Source: Sulfuricella sp.
GTDB lineage: Bacteria > Pseudomonadota > Gammaproteobacteria > Burkholderiales > Sulfuricellaceae
DNA: 64,000 nt
Direction: 5' to 3'
Assembly (NCBI GenBank): GCA_041651995.1
Contig: JBAZID010000011.1
Span: forward strand, 22,345-86,344
Shown here piece after piece: positions 50,637 through 64,000 of the stretch (its first letter is position 1; each line of letters starts with the position of its first letter). Position numbers and translations under genes: made by a program. Below the pieces are notes generated by a model. It made no database searches, was not told where the DNA came from, and saw nothing but the letters and a program-made list of their open reading frames with translations.

Positions 50637-51169
50637 TGTCGAAACGCTGGTATGTGATACACGCCTACTCGGGTTTCGAGAAGAGTGTGCAACGTGCATT
50701 GCTGGAGCGCATTGAGCGTGCAGGCATGCAGGACAAGTTTGGTGAGATTCTGGTGCCGCTGGAAGAAGTGGTGGAGATGAAGGGTGGGCAGAAATCCATC
50801 AGCGAGCGAAAGTTCTTCCCGGGCTACGTGCTGGCCCAGATGGAAATGACGGATGAGTCCTGGCACCTGGTTAAAAGTACACCCAAGGTAACCGGGTTCG
50901 TCGGTGGCAGCGGCAACAAGCCCACTCCGATTACGGATAAGGAAGTCGAAGCCATTCTGAGGCAGATTCAGGAGGGTGTGGAGAAGCCGAAACCCAAGGT
51001 GCTGTTCGAGGTGGGTGAAGCGGTCCGCGTTACAGAAGGTCCATTCAACGATTTCCACGGCAATGTGGAAGAGGTGAATTACGACAAGAACAAGTTGCGT
51101 GTGTCGGTGCTGATTTTTGGCCGTGCCACGCCGGTCGAGCTGGATTTCGGTCAGGTCGAGAAAGCATAA
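50636..51169 (+). CDS. nusG: Transcription factor NusG
   Basis: [26 protein letters not shown] domain. Confidence 0.98.
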   Translation: MSKRWYVIHAYSGFEKSVQRALLERIERAGMQDKFGEILVPLEEVVEMKGGQKSISERKFFPGYVLAQMEMTDESWHLVKSTPKVTGFVGGSGNKPTPITDKEVEAILRQIQEGVEKPKPKVLFEVGEAVRVTEGPFNDFHGNVEEVNYDKNKLRVSVLIFGRATPVELDFGQVEKA

Positions 51170-51242
51170 ACAGGCGATTCGGAGCGCGGGGCTCCGAGTT
51201 GTTTTTAAAGGGCGCGCGTCTCAAACAAGATGCGCGTGCAAT

Positions 51243-51320
51243 ACGGGAAGGCTAGCAACTTCAGGCGCGGTATTGTCGTGCCGGAAAACCCCGATTTCCA
51301 GATTGCTGGCCGTTAGACCC
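51243..51320 (+). promoter_or_regulatory. Putative L1-binding autoregulatory element in the rplK leader
   Basis: ACGGG-AA-GGCTAGCAA...TTGCTGGCC-GTTAGA-CCC internal-loop hairpin. Confidence 0.55.
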
Positions 51321-51340
51321 ATACACAAGGAGTAGTTGAA

Positions 51341-51775
51341 GTGGCAAAGAAAATCATTGGCTACATCAAGCTGCAGGTTCCGGCCGGTAAGGCCAACCCC
51401 AGCCCCCCCATTGGCCCTGCTCTGGGTCAGCGTGGTCTGAACATCATGGAATTCTGCAAGGCATTTAACGCCGCAACTCAGGGCGTTGAAGTTGGTCTGC
51501 CGATTCCCGTGGTGATTACTGCTTTTGCGGACAAGAGCTTCACTTTCATCATGAAGACTCCGCCCGCAAGCGTGCTGATCAAGAAGGCATCGGGTGTGCA
51601 AAAGGGCAGCCCGCGTCCCCATACCGACAAGGTTGGCAAGCTGACGCGCGCCCAGGCGGAAGAGATCGCCAAAACCAAGATGCCGGATCTGACCGCATCC
51701 GACATGGATGCCGCCGTACGTACCATTGCTGGCAGTGCGCGCAGCATGGGTATTGAAGTTGAGGGGGTGGTGTAA
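51341..51775 (+). CDS. rplK: 50S ribosomal protein L11
   Basis: [16 protein letters not shown]. Confidence 0.99.
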   Translation: MAKKIIGYIKLQVPAGKANPSPPIGPALGQRGLNIMEFCKAFNAATQGVEVGLPIPVVITAFADKSFTFIMKTPPASVLIKKASGVQKGSPRPHTDKVGKLTRAQAEEIAKTKMPDLTASDMDAAVRTIAGSARSMGIEVEGVV

Positions 51776-51777
51776 TC

Positions 51778-52473
51778 ATGGCAAAAATATCTAAAAGAAT
51801 GAAAGCCATCAAGGGCTCTGTTGATCGCACCAAGCTTTACCCCTTGGTTGATGCACTGACCCTGGTGAAGAAAAACGCGACCGCAAAGTTTGACGAATCC
51901 GTGGATGTTGCCGTGAACCTGGGTATCGATGCGCGTAAATCCGACCAGTTGGTGCGTGGCTCGGTTGTGCTGCCACGCGGCACCGGCAAGAGCGTGCGCG
52001 TTGCTGTGTTTGCCCAGGGCGACAATGCCAAGGCCGCTCTGGAAGCGGGTGCGGATATCGTCGGATTTGAAGATCTGGCAGCAGATGTCAAGGCTGGCAA
52101 GATGGATTTTGATATTGTGATTGCGACGCCGGATGCCATGCGCGTGGTTGGCGCCCTGGGTCAGATTCTCGGGCCACGTGGTCTGATGCCAAACCCTAAA
52201 GTCGGTACGGTGACCCCGAATGTGGCAGAGGCAGTTAAAAATGCCAAGGCCGGTCAGGTTCAGTACCGCACCGACAAGGGCGGTATCGTGCAATGCACGA
52301 TTGGCCGTGCTTCTTTTGCTGAAGATGCGCTCAAGGAAAATCTGCTGGCATTGGTAGACGCTTTGAACAAGGCCAAACCGGCCGCTTCGAAAGGTGTCTA
52401 TCTGAAGAGAATCGCTGTCTCCAGCACCATGGGAGCGGGTGTCCGGGTGGATCAGTCCACACTGGCCGCATAA
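51778..52473 (+). CDS. rplA: 50S ribosomal protein L1
   Basis: [22 protein letters not shown]. Confidence 0.99.
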   Translation: MAKISKRMKAIKGSVDRTKLYPLVDALTLVKKNATAKFDESVDVAVNLGIDARKSDQLVRGSVVLPRGTGKSVRVAVFAQGDNAKAALEAGADIVGFEDLAADVKAGKMDFDIVIATPDAMRVVGALGQILGPRGLMPNPKVGTVTPNVAEAVKNAKAGQVQYRTDKGGIVQCTIGRASFAEDALKENLLALVDALNKAKPAASKGVYLKRIAVSSTMGAGVRVDQSTLAA

Positions 52474-52509
52474 AGAATTGGGGAGGCCGGCGCGCTTTGC
52501 GCTGGCTCT

Positions 52510-52695
52510 AGTCCAAGACCGTGGGGACGGAGAGCGGACGCTCGGGGTTTAATGGCCTGGCAGCATGCAGGCCCCCTACGCAGACGGTGTAACCCAGAGA
52601 AAGAATGCCAGGCTAAGCTCTGCGATGCAGAGTGGATCCGAGGATGTTGGGCTTTAACAGGCAGAACACTGGAATTCTGATCAGGTCGCCGTAGG
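52510..52695 (+). promoter_or_regulatory. L10 leader (rplJ autoregulatory RNA)
   Basis: CCAAGACCGTGGGG...TTAAT...CCCTACGCAGACGGTG core. Confidence 0.75.
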
Positions 52696-52747
52696 TGGCA
52701 TGTGCCTAGGCATATGCTGTTTGTTGGCTTGATAGGAGGAAAGACTC

Positions 52748-53239
52748 GTGAGTCTCAATCTGGAAGATAAAAAAGCCGTCGTTGCCGAGGTTGCGGAACA
52801 GATTGCCAAGGCTCAGACCGTAGTGCTGGCTGAGTACAATGGTATTGAAGTTCCCAATTTGACCGTACTGCGCAGTAAGGCCCGTGAATCGGGTGTGTAT
52901 CTGCGTGTCGTGAAAAACACTCTCGTGCGTCGCGCTGTCGCAGACACCCAGTTCGCTCCTTTGGCTGAGCATATGACAGGTCCGCTGATCTATAGTATTT
53001 CGGCTGATCCGGTTGCTGCTGCCAAAGTGCTGAACGATTTTGCGAAGGGTAACGACAAGCTGGTACTGAAGGCGGGTTCTTATGCGGGCAAGGTATTGGA
53101 CAAGGCAGGTGTGCAAGCACTGGCTTCCATTCCGAGCCGTGATGAGCTGCTGTCGAAACTGTTGGGCGTCATGAAGGCTCCTGTATCCAGCTTTGCTGGT
53201 GCAATGGCTGCTATGGCCAAACAGCGCGAAACCGCTTAA
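52748..53239 (+). CDS. rplJ: 50S ribosomal protein L10
   Basis: [29 protein letters not shown]. Confidence 0.98.
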   Translation: MSLNLEDKKAVVAEVAEQIAKAQTVVLAEYNGIEVPNLTVLRSKARESGVYLRVVKNTLVRRAVADTQFAPLAEHMTGPLIYSISADPVAAAKVLNDFAKGNDKLVLKAGSYAGKVLDKAGVQALASIPSRDELLSKLLGVMKAPVSSFAGAMAAMAKQRETA

Positions 53240-53292
53240 ACCGCGAAACCACGTAATCAATTTTTCAAGAGATTTGAAATAGGAGTATTGAA

Positions 53293-53664
53293 ATGGCTGT
53301 TACTGCAGAAGACATTCTTGAAGCCGTAGGCGCGATGACTGTAATGGAACTGAATGACCTGGTTAAGGCATTCGAAGAGAAATTCGGCGTTTCTGCTGCT
53401 TCCATGGCTATGGCTGCACCGGGTGCTGGTGCTGCTGCTGTTGTTGAAGAGAAAACCGAATTTGACGTCATCCTGACCGGAGCCGGCGACAACAAGGTTA
53501 ACACCATCAAGGTGGTTCGCACTATCACCGGTCTGGGCCTGAAAGAAGCCAAGGATCTGGTTGATGGCGCTCCCAAGGCTGTCAAGGAAGGCGTTTCCAA
53601 GGCTGATGCTGACGCTGTTGCCAAACAGTTGATCGAAGCTGGCGCAACTTGCGAAGTCAAGTAA
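53293..53664 (+). CDS. rplL: 50S ribosomal protein L7/L12
   Basis: [27 protein letters not shown]. Confidence 0.99.
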   Translation: MAVTAEDILEAVGAMTVMELNDLVKAFEEKFGVSAASMAMAAPGAGAAAVVEEKTEFDVILTGAGDNKVNTIKVVRTITGLGLKEAKDLVDGAPKAVKEGVSKADADAVAKQLIEAGATCEVK

Positions 53665-53686
53665 GCGGTAGTTGATGTACGGGTTC

Positions 53687-53714
53687 AGGCTGGTGGGAAA
53701 CCACCAGCCTTTTT
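53687..53714 (+). terminator. Intrinsic terminator/attenuator after rplL
   Basis: AGGCTGGTGG-GAAA-CCACCAGCCT-TTTT. Confidence 0.85.
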
Positions 53715-53732
53715 CCGTTTTTTTTGTCAGCG

Positions 53733-53786
53733 TAGAAGCTAGAAGAAACGAGGACTGCGTTCGTTCCATCGTTTCTTCTATCCTCT
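53733..53786. repeat. TAGAAG-heptamer-type inverted repeat upstream of rpoB
   Basis: TAGAAGAAACGA (53740-51) / TCGTTTCTTCTA (53769-80), perfect 12 bp. Confidence 0.65.
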
Positions 53787-53816
53787 GCAGCAGCAAGTAA
53801 CTCCATGGAGATCTCA

Positions 53817-56800
53817 ATGAGCTACTCATTTACCGAGAAAAAACGCATTCGCAAAAGCTTCGCCAAACGCGTGAGCGTGCAGGAAGTTCCCTTCCTGCTG
53901 GCGACGCAGATCGATTCTTACGCCGGATTCCTGCAGGCAGAAGTGCCTGTTGCCGAGCGCATGAACGATGGTCTGCAGGCGGCATTCAGCTCGGTTTTTC
54001 CGATTTCCAGCCATTCCGGCAATGCGCGTCTGGATTATGTCAGCTATATTCTGGGTGAACCACCCTTTGATGTAAAAGAATGCCAGCAACGCGGCTTGAC
54101 CTTCGCGGCTCCGCTGCGCGTCAAAGTGCGCATGACACTGATGGACAAGGAGGCTTCCAAGCCAACGGTCAAGGAAGTGAAGGAGCAGGAGGTGTACATG
54201 GGCGAGATTCCGCTCATGACCGACAATGGCTCTTTCGTGATCAATGGCACCGAGCGCGTCATTGTTTCGCAGTTGCACCGCTCTCCCGGTGTGTTTTTCG
54301 AGCATGACCGCGGCAAGACCCATTCATCCGGCAAGCTGTTGTTCTCGGCACGGGTCATTCCTTACCGTGGTTCGTGGCTCGATTTCGAGTTCGATCCCAA
54401 GGATTACCTCTATTTCCGCGTTGACCGCCGCCGCAAAATGCCGGTGACCATTCTGCTCAAGGCGCTGGGTTATAACCATGAGCAGATCTTGAGCATGTTT
54501 TATGCAACCGATACTTTCCACCTGGGCAAGAAGGGTGTGCAGTTCGAACTGGTGCCGGAACGTCTGCGTGGCGAAATCGCGCGTTTCGATATCACCGGCA
54601 AGGACGGTACAGTCATCGTTCCCAAGGACAAGCGCATTACCGTAAAGCATATCCGTGAAATGGAGCAGGCCGGTATCAAGAAAGTGTTCGTGCCGGAGGA
54701 ATTTATTCTCGGCCGCGTGCTGGGTGAAAATGTGGTCGATAAGGAAAGCGGCGAGATTGTTGCTCAGGCCAATGACGAAATCAGCGAAGACCTGCTCGCC
54801 AAGTTGAGCGAAGCCGGTATCGCAAAAATAAACACGATTTACACCAATGACCTGGATCAGGGCGCATATATTTCCCAGACTCTGCGTATTGATGAGACGG
54901 CAGATCAACTGGCTGCGCGTGTGGCGATTTACCGCATGATGCGCCCAGGCGAACCGCCTACGGAAGACGCTGTTCAGGCGCTGTTCGATGGCTTGTTCTT
55001 CAATGCGGATCGCTATGATCTGTCGAAGGTGGGCCGGATGAAATTCAATCGCCGTGCCTATCCCGAGAAGCGCGTCGAAAAGAGTGCCGAGTGGATTAAT
55101 CGCTTCCAGGATCGGGTCGGCCCGGTGGGTGCCGAGGGTGAGAGCATCCTCTCCAATGATGACATTCTCGCGACCATCATGATTCTGGTCGAATTGCGCA
55201 ACGGGCGTGGCGAAATCGATGATATCGATCACCTTGGCAACCGTCGCGTGCGTTCCGTGGGCGAATTGGTGGAAAACCAGTTCCGTGCCGGTCTGGTGCG
55301 CGTCGAGCGTGCGGTGAAAGAGCGTCTTTCCCAGGCTGAGTCAGACAACCTGATGCCGCATGACCTGATCAACGCCAAGCCAGTATCGGGTGCCATCAAG
55401 GAATTCTTCGGTTCCAGCCAGTTGTCGCAGTTTATGGACCAGACCAACCCGCTGTCCGAAATTACTCACAAGCGCCGCGTATCGGCCCTGGGGCCGGGCG
55501 GTCTGACGCGTGAACGTGCCGGTTTTGAAGTGCGCGACGTGCATCCGACCCATTATGGCCGCGTGTGCCCGATTGAAACGCCTGAAGGCCCGAACATCGG
55601 TCTGATCAACTCGCTCGCGCTGTTTGCGCGCACCAACGAATATGGCTTCCTGGAAACGCCTTACCGCAAGGTGAATGATGGCAAGGTGACGGACCAGATC
55701 GATTATCTTTCCGCCATCGAAGAAAGCCAGTATGTGATCGCCCAGGCCAATGCCAGCCTCGACAAGAAGGGCAAACTGGTGGATGAGCTGGTGTCCTGCC
55801 GTCATCACAACGAATTTGCCATGTCCACTCCGGACAAGGTCCAGTACATGGACGTGGCGCCTGCCCAGATCGTGTCCGTCGCGGCCTCGCTGATCCCATT
55901 CCTCGAGCACGACGACGCCAACCGCGCCTTGATGGGTTCGAACATGCAGCGTCAGGCGGTGCCTTGCCTGCGTGCCGAGAAGCCTTTTGTCGGTACCGGT
56001 ATCGAACGCACGGTGGCGGTTGACTCGGGCACCACGGTTCAGGCGCGCCGGGGCGGTATCGTGGATTACATTGACGCGAGCCGTATCGTGGTGCGTGTGC
56101 ATGATGCCGAAGCGGTGGCCGGCGAAGTGGGTGTGGATATCTATAACCTCACCAAATACACCCGCTCCAATCAGAACACCAACATCAACCAGCGCCCGCT
56201 GGTCAAGGTGGGCAACATACTTCAGCGCGGCGATGTCATCGCCGATGGCGCTTCCACCGATATGGGCGAGTTGGCCCTGGGGCAGAACATGTTCGTGGCG
56301 TTTATGCCGTGGAACGGGTACAACTTCGAGGATTCGATCCTGATTTCCGAGCGTATGGTGGCTGAAGATCGCTACACCTCGATTCATATCGAAGAATTGA
56401 GTGTGGTGGCCCGTGATACCAAGCTTGGCGCGGAAGAAATCACGCGTGACATATCCAATCTGTCGGAAGTGCAGCTGGGTCGCCTGGATGAGTCTGGTAT
56501 CTGTTATATCGGTGCCGAGGTCGAGGCGGGCGATGTGTTGGTGGGCAAGGTAACCCCCAAGGGCGAAACCCAGCTTACACCGGAAGAAAAGCTGCTACGT
56601 GCCATTTTTGGTGAAAAAGCTTCCGATGTTAAGGATACTTCATTGCGTTTGCCTTCCGGCATGACCGGTACGGTGATCGACGTGCAGGTATTCACGCGTG
56701 AAGGCATCGAACGCGACAAGCGCGCCCAGCAAATCATCGACGATGAACTGAAGCGTTTCCGCCATGACTTGAACGATCAGATGCGTATTGTGGAAGAAGA

Positions 56801-57950
56801 TGCATTTGGCCGTATCGAACGCCTGCTGGTGGGGAAAACAGCCAATGGCGGGCCGGCCAAACTGGCCAAGGGTGCGGCGGTCAGCAAGGAATATCTGGAG
56901 AAGGTGGAGCGCCACGGCTGGTTCGATATCCGCTTGTCCGAAGAAGATGCGGCACGCCAGCTCGAACAGCTCAAGGACAGCCTGGCACAGAAGCGTGTTG
57001 AATTCGATGCCATGTTCGAAGAGAAGAAGAAAAAGCTCACCAGCGGAGACGAACTTCCCCCCGGCGTGCAAAAGATGGTGAAGGTTTATGTTGCGGTCAA
57101 GCGCCGCCTGCAGCCTGGCGACAAGATGGCCGGCCGCCACGGTAACAAGGGTGTGATTTCCAAGATCGTTCCGATTGAAGATATGCCGTTCATGGCCGAC
57201 GGCACGCCGATGGACATCGTGCTTAACCCGCTGGGTGTGCCATCGCGTATGAACGTAGGCCAGATTCTGGAGACACATCTCGGCTGGGCGTCCAAGGGCC
57301 TCGGCAACCGTATTGGAGAGATGCTCGAAGCGCATGCCAAGGTTCAGGATATGCGCAAGTTTCTGGACAAGATATATAACAGCACCGGCAAGCAGGAAGA
57401 TATTGCCTCTTTCAGTGACATCGAAGTGCTTGAGCTGGCGAATAACCTCAAATTTGGCGTGCCTTTCGCGACTCCGGTATTTGACGGCGCCAGCGAGGAA
57501 GAAATCAAGGGCATGCTGGAACTGGCAGGTTTGCCGCGCAATGGTCAGGTGACATTGCATGATGGCCGCACCGGCGAGGCGTTTGAGCGTCAGGTTACGG
57601 TTGGTTACATGCACGTGTTGAAGCTGCATCACTTGGTTGACGACAAGATGCACGCCCGTTCCACTGGCCCTTACAGTCTGGTGACGCAGCAACCTCTGGG
57701 CGGCAAGGCACAGTTTGGCGGCCAGCGTTTTGGTGAGATGGAGGTGTGGGCGCTTGAAGCTTATGGTGCATCCTACGTTCTGCAGGAAATGCTGACTGTC
57801 AAATCGGACGACGTTACTGGACGTACAAAGGTGTACGAAAATATCGTCAAGGGCGAACACAAGATTGATGCCGGCATGCCGGAATCCTTCAACGTGCTGG
57901 TGAAGGAAATCCGTTCGCTCGGTATTGATATTGATCTGGAAAGATCTTAG
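53817..57950 (+). CDS. rpoB: RNA polymerase beta subunit
   Basis: [42 protein letters not shown]. Confidence 0.99.
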   Translation: MSYSFTEKKRIRKSFAKRVSVQEVPFLLATQIDSYAGFLQAEVPVAERMNDGLQAAFSSVFPISSHSGNARLDYVSYILGEPPFDVKECQQRGLTFAAPLRVKVRMTLMDKEASKPTVKEVKEQEVYMGEIPLMTDNGSFVINGTERVIVSQLHRSPGVFFEHDRGKTHSSGKLLFSARVIPYRGSWLDFEFDPKDYLYFRVDRRRKMPVTILLKALGYNHEQILSMFYATDTFHLGKKGVQFELVPERLRGEIARFDITGKDGTVIVPKDKRITVKHIREMEQAGIKKVFVPEEFILGRVLGENVVDKESGEIVAQANDEISEDLLAKLSEAGIAKINTIYTNDLDQGAYISQTLRIDETADQLAARVAIYRMMRPGEPPTEDAVQALFDGLFFNADRYDLSKVGRMKFNRRAYPEKRVEKSAEWINRFQDRVGPVGAEGESILSNDDILATIMILVELRNGRGEIDDIDHLGNRRVRSVGELVENQFRAGLVRVERAVKERLSQAESDNLMPHDLINAKPVSGAIKEFFGSSQLSQFMDQTNPLSEITHKRRVSALGPGGLTRERAGFEVRDVHPTHYGRVCPIETPEGPNIGLINSLALFARTNEYGFLETPYRKVNDGKVTDQIDYLSAIEESQYVIAQANASLDKKGKLVDELVSCRHHNEFAMSTPDKVQYMDVAPAQIVSVAASLIPFLEHDDANRALMGSNMQRQAVPCLRAEKPFVGTGIERTVAVDSGTTVQARRGGIVDYIDASRIVVRVHDAEAVAGEVGVDIYNLTKYTRSNQNTNINQRPLVKVGNILQRGDVIADGASTDMGELALGQNMFVAFMPWNGYNFEDSILISERMVAEDRYTSIHIEELSVVARDTKLGAEEITRDISNLSEVQLGRLDESGICYIGAEVEAGDVLVGKVTPKGETQLTPEEKLLRAIFGEKASDVKDTSLRLPSGMTGTVIDVQVFTREGIERDKRAQQIIDDELKRFRHDLNDQMRIVEEDAFGRIERLLVGKTANGGPAKLAKGAAVSKEYLEKVERHGWFDIRLSEEDAARQLEQLKDSLAQKRVEFDAMFEEKKKKLTSGDELPPGVQKMVKVYVAVKRRLQPGDKMAGRHGNKGVISKIVPIEDMPFMADGTPMDIVLNPLGVPSRMNVGQILETHLGWASKGLGNRIGEMLEAHAKVQDMRKFLDKIYNSTGKQEDIASFSDIEVLELANNLKFGVPFATPVFDGASEEEIKGMLELAGLPRNGQVTLHDGRTGEAFERQVTVGYMHVLKLHHLVDDKMHARSTGPYSLVTQQPLGGKAQFGGQRFGEMEVWALEAYGASYVLQEMLTVKSDDVTGRTKVYENIVKGEHKIDAGMPESFNVLVKEIRSLGIDIDLERS

Positions 57951-58066
57951 TCAGCTGGCAGCATCCATCCGTCAGGGCGCCATAATTACTGCCAACCCTG
58001 GCGGAATGTCTGAAAAACGTTTGTATTTATAGATTTAAGCTGACAGCTGAAAGCTGATAGCAGAAA
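57951..58066. repeat. GCTGA(C/A/T)A heptamer array with partial inverted partner in the rpoB-rpoC spacer
   Basis: GCTGACA-GCTGAAA-GCTGATA-GCAGAAA (58039-66); TCAGCTGGCAGC (57951-62) matches 11/12. Confidence 0.7.
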
Positions 58067-58085
58067 GCCAAAACCGGAGGTTTTC

Positions 58086-62281
<4,196 letters not shown>

Positions 62282-62285
<4 letters not shown>

Positions 62286-62310
62286 CAGCGGGGTATTAAC
62301 TCAATAAAAT
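62282..62310 (+). promoter_or_regulatory. str operon sigma70 promoter overlapping the rpoC stop
   Basis: TTGACA-17-TAAAAT. Confidence 0.85.
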
Positions 62311-62360
62311 TCTCAGTCTTTTTACATCCGGGTAATTTCTCGGGCGCAGGATTGAATTAA

Positions 62361-62388
62361 GGGACGGCTCTGCCGTCCCGTCATTTTT
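62361..62388 (+). terminator. Hairpin in the rpsL leader (possible rpoC terminator or attenuator)
   Basis: GGGACGGC-TCT-GCCGTCCC then gtcaTTTTT. Confidence 0.4.
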
Positions 62389-62406
62389 ATTTTAGGAATT
62401 TAACGC

Positions 62407-62784
62407 ATGCCAACCATCAACCAATTAGTGCGCAAGCCGCGCGCCCTGCAGAAAGAAAAGAGCAAGGTGCCCGCGTTGGAGAGCTGCCCGCAGCGTCGCG
62501 GTGTATGCACTCGTGTTTACACCACCACGCCAAAGAAGCCAAACTCCGCTCTGCGTAAGGTTGCCAAGGTGCGCCTGACGAATGGCTTCGAAGTCATTAG
62601 TTATATCGGTGGTGAAGGCCACAACCTGCAGGAGCACTCGGTTGTGCTGATTCGCGGTGGCCGTGTTAAAGACTTGCCCGGTGTTCGTTACCACACCGTG
62701 CGAGGTAGCCTCGATACGGCTGGAGTGAAAGATCGTAAACAAAGCCGTTCCAAGTACGGTGCCAAGCGCCCTAAAGCCGCTTAA
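62407..62784 (+). CDS. rpsL: 30S ribosomal protein S12
   Basis: [23 protein letters not shown]. Confidence 0.99.
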   Translation: MPTINQLVRKPRALQKEKSKVPALESCPQRRGVCTRVYTTTPKKPNSALRKVAKVRLTNGFEVISYIGGEGHNLQEHSVVLIRGGRVKDLPGVRYHTVRGSLDTAGVKDRKQSRSKYGAKRPKAA

Positions 62785-62799
62785 TTGATTGAGGTTTAG

Positions 62800-63273
<474 letters not shown>

Positions 63274-63305
63274 TTCAGTCTCTAGATAATTAAGGTTGCA
63301 TAGCT

Positions 63306-64000
<695 letters not shown>

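Overview
Core chromosome of a GC-rich betaproteobacterium; a Nitrosomonadales-type organism (Sulfuricella/Gallionella-like) is my inference from gene order and protein style. Housekeeping blocks, left to right: cstA (partial), glyA-nrdR-rib operon-nusB, mgtE, yggS/pilTU, amgK-murU opposite lptD-surA-pdxA-rsmA, glyQS-gmhB-plsC-gloA, lnt-lysA-lptM/cyaY, argH/fimS-algR, then the tRNA-tuf-secE-nusG-rplKAJL-rpoBC-rpsLG-fusA cluster. Accessory genes are few: two type II toxin-antitoxin pairs, one RAYT transposase with its own REPs, a K+ channel gene broken by an in-frame TAG, a DUF1538 + two PII-like module, and a REC-TPR + sensorless kinase pair. No CRISPR, prophage, rRNA or integrase was seen. The most unusual signal is a set of small gene-less inverted-repeat elements sitting at operon junctions. 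Two MITE-like families have 3-bp TAA/TGA target duplications, mostly at or overlapping stop codons. One copy is nested inside another, one apparently creates the ATG of a PII gene, and one degenerate end now reads as the ribB Shine-Dalgarno. One family carries a REP doublet inside its terminal repeats. A 144-bp palindromic element sits in frame inside pdxA, and heptamer inverted arrays occur at several junctions. Also notable are a decayed attC-like site ahead of the first TA pair and a low-GC patch inside glyS. All family assignments are by motif recognition, without database searches.
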